Assembly (NCBI GenBank): GCA_003134555.1
Contig: PLBO01000103.1
Span: forward strand, 19,251-83,250
Direction of reading: 5' to 3'
From: Actinomycetota bacterium
GTDB lineage: Bacteria; Actinomycetota; Acidimicrobiia; IMCC26256; PALSA-610
Length of the DNA: 64,000 nt
Part shown: positions 9,465 to 18,850 of the stretch, one piece after another
Position numbering within the stretch: position 1 is the stretch's first letter
Layout: the number at the start of each line of letters is the position of its first letter
Notes under the pieces: model-generated
Told to the model about the DNA's origin: nothing
The model's input: only the letters and a program-made list of their open reading frames with translations
Databases searched by the model: none
Position numbers and translations under genes: made by a program

Positions 9465-10586
9465 TCAGTTGGAGACGGGAGTGTCCGCGAGCACCTCGCC
9501 GATCCGGAGCAGCTCCGGAGTGGCCGACCCGAGCGAGAACTCGTAGCGCTTCAGCCAGAGGAAGTAGCGGTGGATCGGGAAGTCGACGTCGATGCTGATC
9601 CCGCCGTGGATGTGCAGGGCGGCGTGGCCGATTCGGTTACCGCCGTCGGCGGCCCAGAACTTCGCCGTCGCGACCTCGAGCGGGTCGTCACGCCCTTCGT
9701 CGAGGTGGGTCGCCGCCTGCAGCATCGTGAGCTCGATCGCCTGATTGTCGATGTAGCAGTCGGCCATGCGCTGCCCGACGGCCTGGAAGGTTCCGATCTG
9801 GCGGTCGAACTGCTTGCGCTCCGTCGTGTAGTGCGCGGTCAGCCGAAGCGCCTTGTCGGCGACACCGGAGACGACGGCACAAGAGGCGACCATCGTGCGA
9901 TTGAGCGCGAACGCGAGGATCTCGCTCCCCTGTTCGGGGGTTCCGAGCCGCGCGTCGTCACCGACGCGCACGCCGTCGAGCCGGAGCTCGAACAGGGGCT
10001 CGTGGTTCATGACCTGCTGGCGTTCCAAGGTGACGCCGGTCGCGTTGATGGGGACGAGGAACACACCGACACCGTCGTGGACGCGCGCCGGGACCACGAC
10101 GAGCTCGGCCGCGGTGGCGCCCGGGACACTCCCCTTCAACCCGTCGAGCCGCCAGCCGTCGCCGTCGCGCGTCGCGGTCGTTGCCGGCCGTTCCGGCTCG
10201 CTGCCGTACTCGACGAGCGCGGCGGTGAGCAGTAGTTCGCCGGCGACGACCTTCGAGAGAACTGCGCGTTGCGCGTCGGTTCCGAAGCGGGCGATCGGCA
10301 GCGCCGCGCTGACGAGGGTGGGGATCATCGGGAGCGGTGCCACGTTGCGTCCGACCTCACGCAACACCATGCACAGATCGAGGAAGCCGAAGCCGAGCCC
10401 GCCGACGGTTTCCGGCAGCGCGATACCGAGCAGGTTCGCCTTCGCGAACTCACGCCAGGTGTCGAGGTCGTACCAGTCGTCGGAACGGTCGCGTTCCTTC
10501 AGGTGCTGCAACGTCATCCGGTCTTCGAGGATGCGCGCGGCCAGCCCGGCGAGCTCCTGCTGTTCCTCGGAAAGTGCGAAGTCCAT
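9465..10586 (-). CDS. Acyl-CoA dehydrogenase family protein (second gene of an adjacent pair)
   Basis: 373 aa starting MDFALSEEQQELAG..., with an ACAD-like fold. AGGAGA Shine-Dalgarno. Its start lies 15 nt after the upstream ACAD stop. Confidence 0.85.
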   Translation of the reverse strand: MDFALSEEQQELAGLAARILEDRMTLQHLKERDRSDDWYDLDTWREFAKANLLGIALPETVGGLGFGFLDLCMVLREVGRNVAPLPMIPTLVSAALPIARFGTDAQRAVLSKVVAGELLLTAALVEYGSEPERPATTATRDGDGWRLDGLKGSVPGATAAELVVVPARVHDGVGVFLVPINATGVTLERQQVMNHEPLFELRLDGVRVGDDARLGTPEQGSEILAFALNRTMVASCAVVSGVADKALRLTAHYTTERKQFDRQIGTFQAVGQRMADCYIDNQAIELTMLQAATHLDEGRDDPLEVATAKFWAADGGNRIGHAALHIHGGISIDVDFPIHRYFLWLKRYEFSLGSATPELLRIGEVLADTPVSN

Positions 10587-10601
10587 GGTTCGTCTCCTGG
10601 G

Positions 10602-11780
<1,179 letters not shown>

Positions 11781-11817
11781 CTGGCCTCCGCCATTCCTCG
11801 ACCCAACGGTCACGGGA

Positions 11818-11831
11818 TAGAACGTGTTCCA
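11818..11831. promoter_or_regulatory. KstR-type TetR operator candidate TAGAACGTGTTCCA
   Basis: Matches the mycobacterial KstR consensus TnnAACnnGTTnnA at every fixed position. Lies 38-51 nt upstream of the ACAD start (11780) in the divergent ACAD/PBP intergenic region. Confidence 0.5.
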
Positions 11832-11935
11832 TCTTCGTCCTCGGGCGGCAGGCGTGTCGAACGGGGTCGCTTTCCGGGCCGCGTGAGCCCGAGGCGCCAC
11901 CGGCGCCGGCTCCCGCTGGGCCAGACTTGCCGCCC

Positions 11936-13840
11936 ATGAAACGCGCTCTGGTCTTCTTCGCGGTGCTCCTGGTCGTCGCCGCCGGCATCGTGGGCATCGT
12001 CCTCGCGAAGACCCACACCGCCAAGGTGACGCTCCCGAGCCGCGAGGTCGACACCTTCCTGCACGCGTGGGGCCGCAGCGACCCGGTCGACATGGCCGCG
12101 TTCCTCGACTCCCCGCCCGCCGACCTCGGCACTGCGGCGTCGAGCCTGGCGGAGGCGGTTCCGGGCAGCACCGCGACCTATACGCGCACCGACCTCTCCG
12201 GCACCGCGACCGAGGCGCTCGCGATGTACAACGCGAAGGTCACGCTCAAGGGCCTGGGCGCGATCGAGTGGAACGGATCGCTCCCGCTCGTCCACTCGAA
12301 GGCGGGCTGGCGCATCACCTGGAATCCGAACGATCTCTATCCCGGGCTCGGCGCGGGCCGGCATCTGACGGTTACGCACGTGTGGCCGAAGCGCGCGCCG
12401 ATCGTGGCCGCGGACGGCACCGTCCTGGTGGGCAACCAGGAGGTCGTGAAGGTCGGGCTCGAGCCCGACCACATCAAATCCCCGGCCGACCTCGCGGCCG
12501 TCAAGTTCGGGATGAAGTCGCTGCTCGACGTCGACCCCGCGACGATCGACAAGGTGCTGCACCAGCCGGGCGTGCGTCCGAACTACTTCCTCCCGGTCAT
12601 CACGATCTCGCGGGTTCCGGCCGACCGCTACAAGCGCATCCACGATTCGCTGATACCGATCAACGGCATCATCTTCCGAGCCGGCCAGGGCGTGGTCGCC
12701 CTGGATCGTGCTCTCTCGGCGCAGATCCTCGGTGACGTCGGCGACGTCACCGCCGAGGGGCTGAAGAAGCTCGGTGCGCCGTACGCCGCGGGCGACCAGG
12801 TCGGGCTCTTCGGTCTCGAAGCGGCTTACGAGAAGCGGCTCGCCGGATCTCCGAGCAACGACGTCGTGATCGTCGACAACAAGGGCACCACGGTCCGCAC
12901 GATCAAGCGTTTCGCCGGCAAGCCCGCCCAACCGGTGCGGATCACGATCGATCCCACGATTCAGAAGGCCGCGGAAGCCGCGCTCGCGGGAGTGACCGGG
13001 AACAACGCTGCGCTCGTCGCGATCGAACCGGCGACGGGCGCGATCCGCGCCGTCGTCTCGAAGCCCGACGGCGGATTCAATCGGGCGCTGGCGGGCACGT
13101 ACCCACCGGGTTCGACCTTCAAGGTCATCACGTCGGCGGCTTTGCTCGCCGCGGGCGCCACGGGATCCACGTCCGCGCCGTGCCCGCCGAAGATCAACAT
13201 CGGCGGCCGGAATTTCGCGAACTTCGAAGGCGAGGCGTCGGGCGCGCTCGATCTCGCCGCCGCATTCGCGATCTCGTGCAACAACGCGTTCCTCCGCCTG
13301 GCCGATCCGCTCCCCGCGGACGCGCTCGGGAAAGCCGCGGCTTTGTTCGGATTCAACGCGCACTGGTCGCTCGGTATCGACGCGGCCGGCGGCTCGTACC
13401 CGAAGCCGAGCGATCGCGCCGAGCGCGCCGCATCCGCGATCGGACAGGGGCGCGTGCTCGCGAGCCCGGTGCAGATGGCGTCGGTCGCGGCCACAGTCGC
13501 GAACGGGCGGTGGCGGGCACCGACCCTCGTCTCGGAGCCGGTCGCGGCGCCACCTCCGGCGGTCGCAGCACTCGACCCCCGCGTGGTCTCGACGCTCAAG
13601 TCGTTCATGGCGAGCGTCACCCGGACCGGTGGAACCGCGGCCGGGGCGGGCCTGCCGCCCAACACGTTCGGCAAGACCGGTACGGCCGAGTTCGGCAGCG
13701 CGAACCCACCGCACACCCACGCGTGGTTCATCGGCTTCCGCGGTGAGCTCGCATTCGCGGTGATCGTCGAGGACGGCGGCGTGGGCGGGCGCGTCGCGGC
13801 CCCACTGGCCGCCGGCTTCCTCAACGCCCTGCCGCGGTGA
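11936..13840 (+). CDS. Class B penicillin-binding protein (NTF2-like MecA_N domain, dimerisation domain, transpeptidase)
   Basis: Motifs SxxK (STFK), SxN (SCN) and KTG (KTGTAE). N-terminal TM helix. ATG at 11936; the track uses TTG 11927. Confidence 0.88.
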   Translation: MKRALVFFAVLLVVAAGIVGIVLAKTHTAKVTLPSREVDTFLHAWGRSDPVDMAAFLDSPPADLGTAASSLAEAVPGSTATYTRTDLSGTATEALAMYNAKVTLKGLGAIEWNGSLPLVHSKAGWRITWNPNDLYPGLGAGRHLTVTHVWPKRAPIVAADGTVLVGNQEVVKVGLEPDHIKSPADLAAVKFGMKSLLDVDPATIDKVLHQPGVRPNYFLPVITISRVPADRYKRIHDSLIPINGIIFRAGQGVVALDRALSAQILGDVGDVTAEGLKKLGAPYAAGDQVGLFGLEAAYEKRLAGSPSNDVVIVDNKGTTVRTIKRFAGKPAQPVRITIDPTIQKAAEAALAGVTGNNAALVAIEPATGAIRAVVSKPDGGFNRALAGTYPPGSTFKVITSAALLAAGATGSTSAPCPPKINIGGRNFANFEGEASGALDLAAAFAISCNNAFLRLADPLPADALGKAAALFGFNAHWSLGIDAAGGSYPKPSDRAERAASAIGQGRVLASPVQMASVAATVANGRWRAPTLVSEPVAAPPPAVAALDPRVVSTLKSFMASVTRTGGTAAGAGLPPNTFGKTGTAEFGSANPPHTHAWFIGFRGELAFAVIVEDGGVGGRVAAPLAAGFLNALPR

Positions 13841-13871
13841 CCCGCCCGCACCTGGTCGATATCCTGGCCGG

Positions 13872-14660
13872 ATGACGACGTCGGGGGCTCGGGTCGTTTT
13901 CAGGCCGGTCGCGATCGCGATCGCGGCGCTCGTGTTCGCGCTCGTCATCAGCGCGTGCGGGTCGTCGGGCGGACACCAGGCGAGCGCGCCGGCACCCGTC
14001 GTCTCGTCGACGACGAAGGCGACGTCGACCACCACGACGACACTCGCGAAAGCGAAGCGCTTCGACCCGACGAAGCCGATCGACCTCGGGGGAACACCCG
14101 GCGTCACGCCGGCCGAGCAGCATCGCGCCGAGCAGTTGCTCCGCACCACGATCGTCGACCTCAAGAAGTACATCGACCCCTCCGCGGCGATGGCCGCCGG
14201 ATATCGCTCCATCGGCGACGCGGCCACCGGCGACGAGCACTTCGTCAACTGGTCGACCGTCGACGACGGCCACATCCTCGACCCGGCACGACCCGAGTCG
14301 TTGGTATACGAGTACCGCGGCGGCAAGCAGCAGATCGCGGCGGCGATGTTCATGTTGCCGTTCGGCAGCCGCTTCACGGACGCACCCGACGTCGGCGGCG
14401 CGCTCACGCAGTGGCACGTGCACGCCGACCTCTGCTTGACGAACAGCACGGTCCAAAAGACGCTGTCGGGGCTCGTCGCAATCGACGGCGTGTGCCCGTC
14501 GGGGTCGTCGAAGGCCGGCAACACCCCGATGCTGCACGTCTGGGTCGTGCCCAATGCCTGCGGACCGTTCGCCGCCCTCGAAGGTGTCGGCGCCGGCCAG
14601 GTGCCGGCCGGACAGACCAAGCTCTGCGACACCGCGCACGGCGGGACCTCGTCCGGCTGA
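13872..14660 (+). CDS. Secreted lipoprotein of unknown function
   Basis: Signal peptide with lipobox ...ALVISACGSSGG and a Ser/Thr-rich linker. Conserved-looking His/Cys segments QWHVHADLC and MLHVWVVPNAC. Lies 31 nt downstream of the PBP. Confidence 0.7.
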   Translation: MTTSGARVVFRPVAIAIAALVFALVISACGSSGGHQASAPAPVVSSTTKATSTTTTTLAKAKRFDPTKPIDLGGTPGVTPAEQHRAEQLLRTTIVDLKKYIDPSAAMAAGYRSIGDAATGDEHFVNWSTVDDGHILDPARPESLVYEYRGGKQQIAAAMFMLPFGSRFTDAPDVGGALTQWHVHADLCLTNSTVQKTLSGLVAIDGVCPSGSSKAGNTPMLHVWVVPNACGPFAALEGVGAGQVPAGQTKLCDTAHGGTSSG

Positions 14661-14666
14661 GACGGC

Positions 14667-15701
14667 TCAGCGATCGCTCGACGCGAGGACCCGCGGTCGC
14701 AATCCCATTGTGGCCAGCATGGCGCGGTCGGAGGCGTGGTCGGCGCACGGCGTCGTCGCGGTGAGCATCATGTTGCGCTCACTCGAGAAGATCGAGTTCG
14801 CGCCGGCGAGGAAACACAGCGCCTGATCGGCGAAGCTCATCAGGTGCCGGCCGGCCGCGATGCGAACCACCGACGTGGGCATGAGCATGCGCGCGGCCGC
14901 GATCATGCGGACCGTCTCGTGGATCTCGACGTCGTCCGCGTCTTGGAGCGGAGTACCCGGGACACGCGACAACACGTTGATCGGCACCGATTCCGGATGG
15001 GGGTCGAGGGTAGCCAACCGCTGCAGGAACGAGATGCGGTCGGCGACCGATTCGCCCATGCCGATGATCCCGCCGCAACACACCGTGATGTTCGTCGTGC
15101 GCAGGTTGTCGATCGTGTCGAGGCGCTCCTGGTAGGTCCGGGTCGTGATCACCGAGTCGTAGTACTCGGGTGACGTGTCGAGGTTGTGGTTGTAGGCGTA
15201 GAGGCCGGCTTCGTCGAGGCGGCGCGCCTGGTCGGCGGTGAGCATGCCGAGCGTGGCACACACCTCGAGCCCGAGATCGTTGACCTGGCGCACCATGTCG
15301 AGCACCCGGTCGAACTGCGCGTTGTCCTTCACGTCGCGCCAGGCGGCACCCATGCAGAACCGGGTGACACCTTTGGCCTTCGCGCGCTTGGCCGTGCGCA
15401 CGACCTCGTCGACGACCATGAGCGGCTCGGGCTTGACGCCAGTGTCGTTGTGCACCGACTGCGAGCAATAGCCGCAGTCCTCGGGGCACGCCCCGGTCTT
15501 GATCGACAGCAGCTGGTTCACCTGCACGACTTCGGTGTCGTGGAACTCTTGGTGCACCTGGCCGGCACGGCGGATCAAGTCCAGGAGCGGCAGCTCGAAG
15601 AGCGCCTGCACCTCGTCGATCGTCCAGTCACTTCTCACTGCGTCGGTCATGCGACGAGAGGCTATTCGGATCGCCACCCGACCCGGCAATGCCGGGGTCA
15701 C
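14667..15701 (-). CDS. bioB: Biotin synthase (radical SAM)
   Basis: Motifs [11 protein letters not shown] (CxxxCxxC) and [11 protein letters not shown] 15701 overlaps the SDR stop (GTGA). An alternative ATG start is at 15650. Confidence 0.9.
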   Translation of the reverse strand: MTPALPGRVAIRIASRRMTDAVRSDWTIDEVQALFELPLLDLIRRAGQVHQEFHDTEVVQVNQLLSIKTGACPEDCGYCSQSVHNDTGVKPEPLMVVDEVVRTAKRAKAKGVTRFCMGAAWRDVKDNAQFDRVLDMVRQVNDLGLEVCATLGMLTADQARRLDEAGLYAYNHNLDTSPEYYDSVITTRTYQERLDTIDNLRTTNITVCCGGIIGMGESVADRISFLQRLATLDPHPESVPINVLSRVPGTPLQDADDVEIHETVRMIAAARMLMPTSVVRIAAGRHLMSFADQALCFLAGANSIFSSERNMMLTATTPCADHASDRAMLATMGLRPRVLASSDR

Positions 15702-16528
15702 GCGTCGCCGAAGCCTTCGGGCATGAGGACGGTCGGATCGATCTGGCCGGTGAACAATCCGCCTTTGAAGCCACCGTCGCAGTCGAACTGCAAGCCGGTG
15801 ACGAACGATGAACGCGGACTGTTGAGGAACACCATGGGCCAGGCCTGCTCGTCGGCAACCGCATGGCGACCGAGGGGAACCGGGAAGTCATCCATGTACT
15901 TCTTGCCCACGGCCTTCTCGAACTCGGGCATCATCGGCGTGTCGGTCGGACCGGGATTCACGCAGTTGATGCGGATCCCGTCCTTGGCGAGGTTGAACGA
16001 ACGAAACGCGGTGTACGCGTTGATGGCTTCCTTCGAAAGCCCGTACGCGTTCGCCAGCTCCTTGGGGTGTTCCTCGCACCACGCACGCGCCGCGGCGAAG
16101 TCGGGGGTGAGCACGAGCCCGAACAGCAGCTCCATGTTCTGCATCCATCCGATCCCCGCGGTCGACGCGATACTCGCGATAGACGAGCCCTCGATCATGA
16201 GCGGGATCACCGACTCGGTCACCTGACGAAGTCCGCAGAAGTTGACGAGCATGACGTCGAGGTCGGGGAACGTGTTCGGCAGACCGGCGCAGTTGAAGAG
16301 CGCGTTCACGATCTTGCCGATCTTGCGGACCGTCTCGTCGATCTGTGCGGGGTCGCGCAGGTCGCACTGACTGAAGCTCGCCAGCCCGGTCACCTCGGGC
16401 TTCTTGATGTCGATCGCGTGCACCTCGGCACCGAGATCCACGAGGATCTGCGCGGTCGCCGCGCCCATCCCCGACGCCGCGCCCGTCACGATCACGCGCT
16501 TGCCCTCGTACTGCAGCACGTCGCTCAT
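15698..16528 (-). CDS. SDR-family oxidoreductase
   Basis: Motifs [11 protein letters not shown] and YGLSK. 276 aa. Lies 3 nt after the ferredoxin stop. Confidence 0.85.
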   Translation of the reverse strand: MSDVLQYEGKRVIVTGAASGMGAATAQILVDLGAEVHAIDIKKPEVTGLASFSQCDLRDPAQIDETVRKIGKIVNALFNCAGLPNTFPDLDVMLVNFCGLRQVTESVIPLMIEGSSIASIASTAGIGWMQNMELLFGLVLTPDFAAARAWCEEHPKELANAYGLSKEAINAYTAFRSFNLAKDGIRINCVNPGPTDTPMMPEFEKAVGKKYMDDFPVPLGRHAVADEQAWPMVFLNSPRSSFVTGLQFDCDGGFKGGLFTGQIDPTVLMPEGFGDA

Positions 16529-16531
16529 CCG

Positions 16532-16723
16532 TCAATCCTCCAAGGAAATGGCTCGTTCGGGGCAGTTCTCGGCGCCGATGCGCGCCTGTTCGGCGAGTGC
16601 GCCGTCGACCGCGGAGACGACGATCTCGCAGTGGCCGAAGTCGTCGGGCGCGAAGACGTCGGGCGCCAGCACATAGCAGCGACCATGACCGACGCAGAGG
16701 TCGGGATCGACACGCACCTTCAC
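16532..16723 (-). CDS. Small ferredoxin (3Fe-4S type, CxxHxxC...CP)
   Basis: 63 aa with CVGHGRC...CPERAI. This is typical of actinobacterial P450-type ferredoxins. Confidence 0.8.
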   Translation of the reverse strand: MKVRVDPDLCVGHGRCYVLAPDVFAPDDFGHCEIVVSAVDGALAEQARIGAENCPERAISLED

Positions 16724-16797
16724 CGCGACTCTCCTTCTCGTTCGCGACTCGTGACGCGCGACGCGCCGCCGGGCGGCGTGTGCACGGCCGAGATCCT

Positions 16798-17964
16798 ATG
16801 CTCCGGGCCGTGTGGCCCCGCACGTCGGTCTCGGTGTGTCTCGTCGCGCTCGCCGCGACGGCATGCAGTAGTGGCGGCGGCAACCACTCGAGCGCGCCAC
16901 CGGCGGCGTCCACGACCACGACGGTTCCCGGCTACCGACTCGACAGCACTTTGCGCCTCGATCAGGTGCAGGTTCTGGGGTCGCACAACAGCTACCACGG
17001 TCGCCCGTACCCACAGGTGCTCGCCGCGCTGCGCAACGGGAATGCCGGGCTCGCGCTGACTCTCGACTACGCGCACGCACCGCTGCCCCGCCAATTCGCG
17101 CTCGGCGTACGCCAGATCGAGCTCGACGTGTGGTCGGATCCGCTCGGGGGCAAGTACGCCCGGCCGTCGTTTCCGATCCAGGTCGGTGTACGCCTGCTCG
17201 ACAACCCCGTGATGCGCACGCCCGGCTACAAGGTCATCCACCAGGCCGACGTCGACACGAACTCGACGTGTCTCACCTTCGTCTCGTGCATCCGGCTCGT
17301 CCGCGCGTGGTCGGATGCGCACCCGGGCCACGTGCCGATCGACATCCACGTCGAGATGAAGGACGATCGCGTGACCGAACCGATGTTCGCCGCACTTGAG
17401 CGCGAGATCCGCTCGGTGTTCGCCCGCGATCAGATCGTCACGCCCGACGACGTGCGCGGCAACGCCCCCACGTTGGGGCAAGCAGTCCGCGCGCACGGGT
17501 GGCCGACGCTCGGCGCGGTCAGGGGCAAGGTGTACTTCACTCTCGACAACGAGTCGGTCCGCGACGCCTACCTGAGCGGTCACCCGTCGCTGCGCGGTCG
17601 TCTGCTCTTCACGCCGTCGTCGCCCGGTCAAGACGATGCCGCGTACGCGAAGTTGAACGATCCGATCGCCGACGCGCCGCGGATCAAAGCCGCGCTGGCC
17701 GCGCACATGATCGTGCGCACCCGCGCCGACGCCGACACGTTCGCCGCCCGGGCGAACGACACGCACATGGAGCGAGCGGCGCTGACTGGTGGCGCGCAAC
17801 TCGTGAGCACCGACTACGAGCAGCCCGACCCGACCATCGGCAACGGCTACGTGGTGCGCATCCCCGGCGGAACACCGGCGCGCTGTGATCCCGTTAGCGG
17901 ACCACCCGATTGCAAACCGACCGACGTCGAGGATCCGGCGCGGCTGACGGTCAAAGTTCGCTGA
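16798..17964 (+). CDS. PLC-like phosphodiesterase (Ca2+-dependent PI-PLC-like) lipoprotein
   Basis: From ATG 16798: MLRAVWPRTSVSVCLVALAATACSSGG (lipobox), then VLGSHNSYH and IELDVW. The track ORF begins at 16597 with an Arg-rich shadow extension. Confidence 0.75.
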   Translation: MLRAVWPRTSVSVCLVALAATACSSGGGNHSSAPPAASTTTTVPGYRLDSTLRLDQVQVLGSHNSYHGRPYPQVLAALRNGNAGLALTLDYAHAPLPRQFALGVRQIELDVWSDPLGGKYARPSFPIQVGVRLLDNPVMRTPGYKVIHQADVDTNSTCLTFVSCIRLVRAWSDAHPGHVPIDIHVEMKDDRVTEPMFAALEREIRSVFARDQIVTPDDVRGNAPTLGQAVRAHGWPTLGAVRGKVYFTLDNESVRDAYLSGHPSLRGRLLFTPSSPGQDDAAYAKLNDPIADAPRIKAALAAHMIVRTRADADTFAARANDTHMERAALTGGAQLVSTDYEQPDPTIGNGYVVRIPGGTPARCDPVSGPPDCKPTDVEDPARLTVKVR

Positions 17965-18841
17965 CCCAATCGCGCGTCTCGACGATCTCGCGGACACGCC
18001 GGAGAAATGCACCTGCGTAGGCGCCGTCGAGTGCGCGATGGTCGAACGCGCAGCAGAGATGACCGATCGGCGCGATGCCGATCCGGCCGTCGGCGCCGGC
18101 GACCACCTGCTTGGAGACGCCGTCGGTCGCGAGGATCCCGACCTGGGGCCGATTGATGACCGGGAACGAGATCCACGTGCCCGACGCACCGGGGTTGGTG
18201 ATCGTGAACGTGCCGCCCGCGAGGTCGTCGGGCACGAGCTTTCGGGCGCGAGCGCGGGAGGCGACGTCGCGGATCGCCGAGCCGAGCGCGCGCAGGCGCA
18301 GGCCGTCGGCGTCGTGCACCACCGGCACGACGAGTCCTTGGAAGTCGAGGTCGACCGCGATCCCGAGGTGTACGACCCGGTGCAGCACGACGGACAAGCC
18401 GTCGTCGGTCGTCGTGGCGTTCATCCGCGGGAACTCGCGGAGCGCGTCGATCACGGCCCGGGCGACGAACGGCAACGCGGTGAGGCCTCCGGCCCGGCGC
18501 GCGGTCTCGATCGCTCCGTAGTCGGCCGCGACGACCTCGAGCGCGTGCGGAATAATCCGCTTCGACGCGACCAGCCCGATTGCGGTCCGGCGTCGGACAT
18601 TGTCGAACGGCACGACCTCGTCGCGAACGCCACCGGGTGCACCACCGGCTGAGGCGAGGACATCGGCGCGCGTAACCCGGCCACCGGTGCCCCGGCCGAG
18701 TAGCGACGCCGGATCGACGCCGAGCTCGCGTGCGAGATTGCGCACCGCGGGCGACAGGAAACGGCCGGTGTCGCGCGCGGCGCGCCGGCGCCAAGGGAGG
18801 GTCTCGGACTGCGTCACCGCGACCCAGGCTAGGTCGTACAC
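17951..18841 (-). CDS. 2-oxoacid dehydrogenase E2 acyltransferase with E3-binding and catalytic domains only (no lipoyl domain)
   Basis: PSBD-like segment LSPAVRNLARELGVDPASLLGRGTGGRVTRADV, then the catalytic domain with DHRALDG. Start is GTG 18841 (GGAGGG upstream) or GTG 18817. The rest of the 810-aa track ORF is antisense to the E1 gene. Confidence 0.8.
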   Translation of the reverse strand: MYDLAWVAVTQSETLPWRRRAARDTGRFLSPAVRNLARELGVDPASLLGRGTGGRVTRADVLASAGGAPGGVRDEVVPFDNVRRRTAIGLVASKRIIPHALEVVAADYGAIETARRAGGLTALPFVARAVIDALREFPRMNATTTDDGLSVVLHRVVHLGIAVDLDFQGLVVPVVHDADGLRLRALGSAIRDVASRARARKLVPDDLAGGTFTITNPGASGTWISFPVINRPQVGILATDGVSKQVVAGADGRIGIAPIGHLCCAFDHRALDGAYAGAFLRRVREIVETRDWVSEL

Positions 18842-18850
18842 TGCCCTCCA

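Noticed and set aside
11810-14632. 940-aa minus-strand ORF antisense to the PBP and lipoprotein genes
   Set aside because: Same shadow-ORF effect. It has no recognisable motifs and an Arg-rich composition. The plus-strand proteins carry clear SxxK/SxN/KTG motifs and a lipobox.
16597-16797. Long Arg-rich N-terminal extensions on many track ORFs (for example 16597, 4908, 50736..52817, 56011..57855, 58217..60100, 59206..60978)
   Set aside because: These extensions come from taking the most upstream start in an open high-GC frame. Internal starts with Shine-Dalgarno sequences, signal peptides or stop-start overlaps with the upstream gene give proteins of normal family length.
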